Shown in pieces: positions 7,651 to 12,087 of a stretch of 12,087 bases of DNA (positions are counted from its first letter, which is position 1; the number at the start of each line of letters is the position of its first letter). The position numbers and the translations under genes are program-made. Location of the stretch: assembly GCF_006345805.1 (NCBI RefSeq), contig NW_021826747.1, forward strand, positions 1 through 12,087, read 5' to 3'. Under the pieces are notes generated by a model. That model worked only from the letters and a program-made list of their open reading frames with translations, was not told the origin of the DNA and did no database searches. The DNA is from Octopus sinensis (Eukaryota).

Positions 7651-9687
7651 TAGGGGTGTCAAACTCAATCACACAAGGGGCCAAAACTCAAAGCACACTT
7701 TAGGTTGCAGGTCAAACAAGATAAACATTTATTGAACAGACTAAAACTTTTTGAACATGAACATGTTTTAAAACAGATGGTATATAATTTTATTCCAAAA
7801 ATGAACTAACTTTAACTTAGATTATTTAAAATATTTTGCTCTGCATGAAAATATCTTCTGTCAAAATGATAAAAATTTAAAATAGAACATGTAAAAAAAA
7901 AAAAAGAAAATATAAATAAAAAATGTGCTTTTTAGTGAAAATTATAATAATAAATTAAAACTTTCGATTTTCTTTATGCAATTTTGTCTGACCTACATAC
8001 TTGGCATCTTTTCTTGGCAACAAGTTTATTGATATTTGGGGCAAGGTTCTGTGTTGTTGAGATTCTCAGGATGGATTTCAGGTGTTCATCTGTGAGATGA
8101 CTCTTATGTGACGTTTTATTCATCTTCATCACAGAGAACAGCCGCTTGCACAGATAAGTGCTTCCAAGCAAAGACAGTATTTGAGCTGAATGTAAACGGA
8201 GCTGGGGCATTGCTTCAGGTATGAAGCGAGTGACCTGTGCGGGCCCCACACAGTCATACTTTGCTTTTAATGTCCCGTTACACTGCAGTTCTATCAACTC
8301 CATTTGAATCTGTACAGATGCAGTTTCCATATTGATGGCAAATGGATTGCAAAGCAACTCGAAATTATTTCTGTACTTCAAAGTCACTAAAGTGCCATGT
8401 GAATTCAGTGTGGAGCACACTCAATTTTTCACCACACATTGCAGGTACTCCATCTGTTGTAAGTCCAAGTTTGCCCCAAGGCAGATTCATGTCAGTTACA
8501 CTCTGACATATTTTTTCAAAAAGGTCCTTTCCTGTTGTTGTCCCGTGCACCAATTTAATGTCCGAAATTTCCTGCATGACGAACGCTCCACTGATGACGA
8601 TAGCCAGCTGTGCCATATCAGTCAAGTTGTCTCATTCACAGCAAGAGAGTATGCAAGAAAATCTTTTCCTTTTTCAATCAACTGTATTTTCAAATTCGTG
8701 GCCATCTCACACACCCGATCAGCAACTGTATTTCTGCTAATACTTACATTAGCAAACAGTTGCTTCTTGTCTAGACACATTTTTATCACACAGCTCTTCA
8801 TCAGCTGTCCTTCGGTAAATAGCCGGACTGATTTTGCAATCTCCTCTGCCACAATAAAATTTGCTATAACAGCAGCTTCACTTTGTAATTTTGCTTTGGT
8901 TAAAAAGAGTCTGTTGTAATGTAAGATTCCTCTTCAGCTCATCTACCTTTTGTTGCTTCTGCTCAGCAGTGAAGTATTTATACTTGATGTTTTGTCTCAG
9001 TGGCATTTGAGATTAAACTTTTTAATTACAGCAACATTAGCACCACAATTAAGACACACAGGTTTGCCTTCAATGTCAGTAAACATGTACTCGGTTTCCT
9101 ACTGAATTTGAAAGGCTCTGTTTTCAGCACCAACTTTCCTCTTGGCCATTAATATAGACAGCTACTACTACTGAATGATGTCATGTGAAAATGATCACCA
9201 GAAAGAAAGGTAAGGTGGCTATTGCAGTGCATTATGGGATTAGTAGATTTTGCATCATCAGTGCTTCACAATACACAGAGAATCGAAGGAGGTGCTTCCC
9301 AGCATGTTTTGTTGCAGTTACAATTAAGACTTGTGACTGTGTTATGCCTCTTTAAACTGTTTTTTTTTTTGTACAGACAGGGTGTAATAGTTACAGTGGT
9401 GTTGTTTTTTGTTGTGTATTAAATCTTTGCTACTTTTGATGACGCCCTTAGTAAGAAAGGTAGTACAGTCAGTGCTATATATAATGTAATGGCCTGCTTT
9501 AGCTACACACTATGTATTTGTAGTGGTAACAAGAAGGCATGGGTATTGCTGAGGGCAGCAAAATACTCTATTTGCTGATGTTGCTGTTTCAACCAATTTC
9601 ATGCTGATATCAAAATGGTCCCATGGGCCAAATGAAATTGCTGCATGGGCCGGAAGTGGCCCGCGGGCCAAGAGTTTAACATATCTG
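7651..9687 (-). mobile_element. hAT DNA transposon (Charlie/Buster-like), non-autonomous deletion derivative
   Basis: TIRs TAGGGGTGTCAAACTC (7651-7666) and CAGATATGTTAAACTC (reverse complement of 9672-9687), 11/16 identical. Degenerate 8-bp TSD gcatacag / gtggacag (5/8). GGGCC-rich subterminal repeats at 9620-9670. Confidence 0.88.
7974..9149 (-). pseudogene. hAT transposase of the GTF2IRD2/EPM2AIP1-like (Buster/Charlie) type, with stops, frameshifts and a large internal deletion
   Basis: MAKRKVGAENRAF…KPVCLNC…H (BED-like), LFANVSISRNTVADRV, YSLAVNETT, MAQLAI, GLTTDGVPAMCGEK joined directly to LSVL…EF, NPF, LIELQ, GSTYLCKRLFSVMK…K…LTDEHL…LRI. Confidence 0.9.
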
Positions 9688-9889
9688 GTGGACAGTTGAA
9701 ATAAATATATACACTTTTATAACATTCACTTTTATAATATTCTCTGACCAAGTAATAATACACAATTACAACATAATAAATAAATAATAACAGGTGGGCA
9801 GTCAAAATAAATAGACAAAATCCTTTCACATTTATAATATTCTCTCACCAAGTAATAATACACAATTACAACATATAAATAAATAATAA
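9687..9889. repeat. Imperfect tandem duplication of a ~100-106 bp AT-rich unit
   Basis: 9725-9790 vs 9825-9889 nearly identical (ttcac.tttataatattctct.accaagtaataatacacaattacaacat…); 9687-9707 vs 9793-9813 also align. Confidence 0.85.
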
Positions 9890-9970
9890 ATCAAATAAAT
9901 GTGAAAACTACTGAAAAAATATTCTTTAATGCCAATATACGACCATATAGATTAAAAAAGTATGTATATA

Positions 9971-10026
9971 GTGTTCCATGACTTGTTCCTATGGAGTGCC
10001 CACTATAGGAACAAGTCATGGAACAC
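9971..10026. repeat. Perfect 22-bp inverted repeat with a 12-nt loop at the 5' end of PLE2
   Basis: gtgttccatgacttgttcctat (9971-9992) / ataggaacaagtcatggaacac (10005-10026). Confidence 0.97.
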
Positions 10027-10750
10027 AAAAAAGAAAATAGGGAAGGCCCACTCTTGGTATGATAGCCATAAATACCAGAATGTTCGTTGACACCACCCCT
10101 GGAGGTGAACTGGCGTACCGCTTTAGAAGGACCCTAGACAAACTTAAACTAAGGATTAAGGTTGTTGAAAAGCCAGGCAACCCTATCAAATCTATAATCG
10201 GTAGAACCTATCCTTTTAGTAGAACCCCCTGTACAGATAAGTACTGTACTGTATGTAGATTTAGCCCACAAACAAACTGTAAAGCCAGAAATGTAGTCTA
10301 TAGTATAAGATGTATAGAGGGACTATGCAGTAACAAGACAACGACATACGTAGGGGAAATGGCAAGAAGCATAGGAGAGTGGGTAAATGACATTGGAGAG
10401 AACTCAAGGAAGGTAAAAGCTCATCGATTCTGTACCAACACGCGAAACAGGAAAACGGGGGATCAATCAACAACATAGAACTTAAAATATTGTCCACACA
10501 TAGAACAGATGCAACAATCAGACAAATTACAGAAGCTACACACATAATAGAAGATAAACCTTGCCTGAACAGGAAACTGGAATGGAACACTAGCACACAC
10601 CGCAACCTATGACAGTAGAGGATCCCAATAAACTGGTTACAATATAAACAAAACCGAAAACATAATAAATAAAATACATAGATAAATAAACAAATAGAAA
10701 TAAATAACTATATAAGTTTTTTTTTTGTTTAATTTAAAAGATTTTTTTTG

Positions 10751-10754
<4 letters not shown>

Positions 10755-10784
<30 letters not shown>
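10755..10784. repeat. (ATT)10 microsatellite
   Basis: Direct read of sequence. Confidence 0.96.
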
Positions 10785-10786
<2 letters not shown>

Positions 10787-11055
10787 TAGTATTGTTATTA
10801 TACATACATACAAGCATACGTAATAATAAGTGGATGTAAACACATGAACAAAATAAGAATAAACAAAAACAACAAAACAAATTACATGAACGTATATAAA
10901 CAGAAGATACAAATATTACAGGCATCCCCCCCACACACTAGATAAACATAGACGCACATAGAGATATAAGCATGCGCAAATGAAGACATACAATAGAAAT
11001 ACAAAATGGCTGACGGTTAGTAAGGAGAGACACAAATAAGAAAGAAGAAAACAAA

Positions 11056-11100
11056 GGACCACTGATACGGTCACAGGAGTGTGACGAAAGAACTCTGGCC
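11056..11100 (+). ncRNA. Degenerate minimal type I hammerhead ribozyme fold in the PLE2 3' region
   Basis: GGACCA CTGATACG GTCACA GGAG TGTGAC GAAA G AA C T C TGGCC. Stem I GG(A)CCA/TGGCC, 6-bp stem II, 2-bp stem III, CUC triplet. Core CUGAUACG departs from CUGANGA. Confidence 0.55.
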
Positions 11101-11339
11101 GAAATAAGATTAAGATTAATGTAAAAAATAAATAACACTGAAGCAAAATAACACCAAATATATAGTGCGTGTGTTTTTATTGGCTAAACTGGCAAAATTA
11201 CCATTCCGAAATATAACAATATCTGTTTCAACACACGACTTCACGTAAAAAATCTTGCACAACAAATATATATAACTAAAAGTTAATGAATAAGAACAAA
11301 TGAGTGTACAAATACTAAACTCTTAAAGCTGTTTCTAAC

Positions 11340-11460
11340 ATGGGATTGCTATATCTTCTAAGTCTTCCACATCACGCCAGTGATATACAAGGATGAACAA
11401 ACATTTGACAGGGGTTGGACAATAGTTGAGCCCCAAGGCTTCATCAGAGAGACCATATGT
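11340..11460 (-). mobile_element. Possible very old PLE relic (N-terminal GLN[FY]CPTP-like motif)
   Basis: LSDEALGLNYCPTP…DVEDL resembles the LS..E..LL.KGLNFCPTP…DLE motif of PLE ORFs. Short match only. Confidence 0.3.
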
Positions 11461-12087
11461 TAGGAAAGCAACATGTGGGGAAGGAAGGAAGTAAGTTAAA
11501 ATAATAGAAATCGTAATGGATGATAAGAACGTCATTTCAAGGTGCTATCATAATCCATGGTATTACATCTTATGATAAAGAAAGTCACTTCCAGGAGAAA
11601 TTTCCTCAGCCTGTGAGGGTTACATCGTGTTTCAATTATACTGGGGGAAATAGCGAGGGTGAGACGTTGTGGAGTGAGTTTAATGGTATGGTCCATGTCA
11701 CAGGGGTCAGAAGTTAGAGGCTAACTCCTATTTGATAGGGCATCATAAAAGGAATTGGCAGAATTAACTTAAATTGAACCTGTTTGGGAAAATTCAATAC
11801 ATAAGTATATCAATGAAAGAAAAAATTAGATAAAACTTTAGTGTGATGTTATTACTTGTTACTTATTAACAGAAACCTAATCCCAATACCCCTATGGATA
11901 GAAGGATGAGGCCAAAGTTAATCCTACAACTTAATTGGTCAGCTAATATTTGTGTCAATAAAGTACAAGTAAAAACAAAAATAAAAGTATTTAAGGAATG
12001 AATAGTCTAAGGGATGACTGGGCGATGAAAAGCACTTACGGATATGGATATAGTGTTTTATATGAATATATCTGAGATATACAAACA

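Larger units (their letters stand above)
9971..11130 (+). mobile_element. Penelope-like element fragment 2 (post-RT linker + GIY-YIG + long AT-rich 3' region with degenerate hammerhead); right boundary approximate
   Basis: ECPL/YRNKSW…WY…FVDTTPGGELA…IKVVEKPG, C-x4-C-x2-C…C zinc motif, VVY…YVGE; after a frameshift near 10390 HW…H…R…EATHI…LNRKLEW…stop 10610-10612. Different subfamily from PLE1. Confidence 0.85.

Noticed and set aside
8332-8919. 195-aa plus-strand ORF
   Set aside because: Exact antisense of hAT transposase coding sequence; no domain signature.
7974-9149. Host GTF2IRD2/EPM2AIP1-like gene
   Set aside because: Flanked by TIRs, interrupted by stops, frameshifts and a deletion; a transposon remnant rather than a domesticated gene.
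3295-9889. CRISPR array or other prokaryotic system
   Set aside because: No regularly spaced short repeats with unique spacers and no operon-like genes; the content is eukaryotic mobile DNA.
10637-11146. Hydrophobic minus-strand ORFs (66-91 aa)
   Set aside because: Low-complexity AT-rich and (ATT)n translation within the PLE2 3' region.

Overview
AT-rich eukaryotic, repeat-dense DNA with no recognisable host protein-coding exon. The tRNA-derived SINE resembles an abundant octopod family, so an Octopus-like cephalopod is the likely source (from recall, no database search). Left to right: (1) a decayed RTE-clade LINE on the minus strand whose RT carries a complete C4HC3 PHD finger between RT subdomains 6 and 7, preceded by a duplicated ~430-bp upstream segment; (2) a 5'-inverted Penelope-like element (PLE) fragment with a GIY-YIG domain and a type I hammerhead ribozyme fold; (3) T-rich unique DNA containing a near-textbook recursive-splice-site signature on the plus strand (branch point, pyrimidine tract, AG|GTAAGT, then a second AAG|GTAAGT 43 nt later); (4) a tRNA-SINE; (5) an internally deleted Charlie/Buster-type hAT transposon with TIRs; (6) a second, different PLE fragment with a perfect fold-back hairpin at its 5' end and a degenerate hammerhead at its 3' end; (7) a possible old PLE relic. 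The best leads are the candidate recursive splice site/RS-exon, the two PLE hammerheads with non-canonical cores, and the PHD-in-RT LINE. All functional statements are inference from motif and fold inspection by eye.
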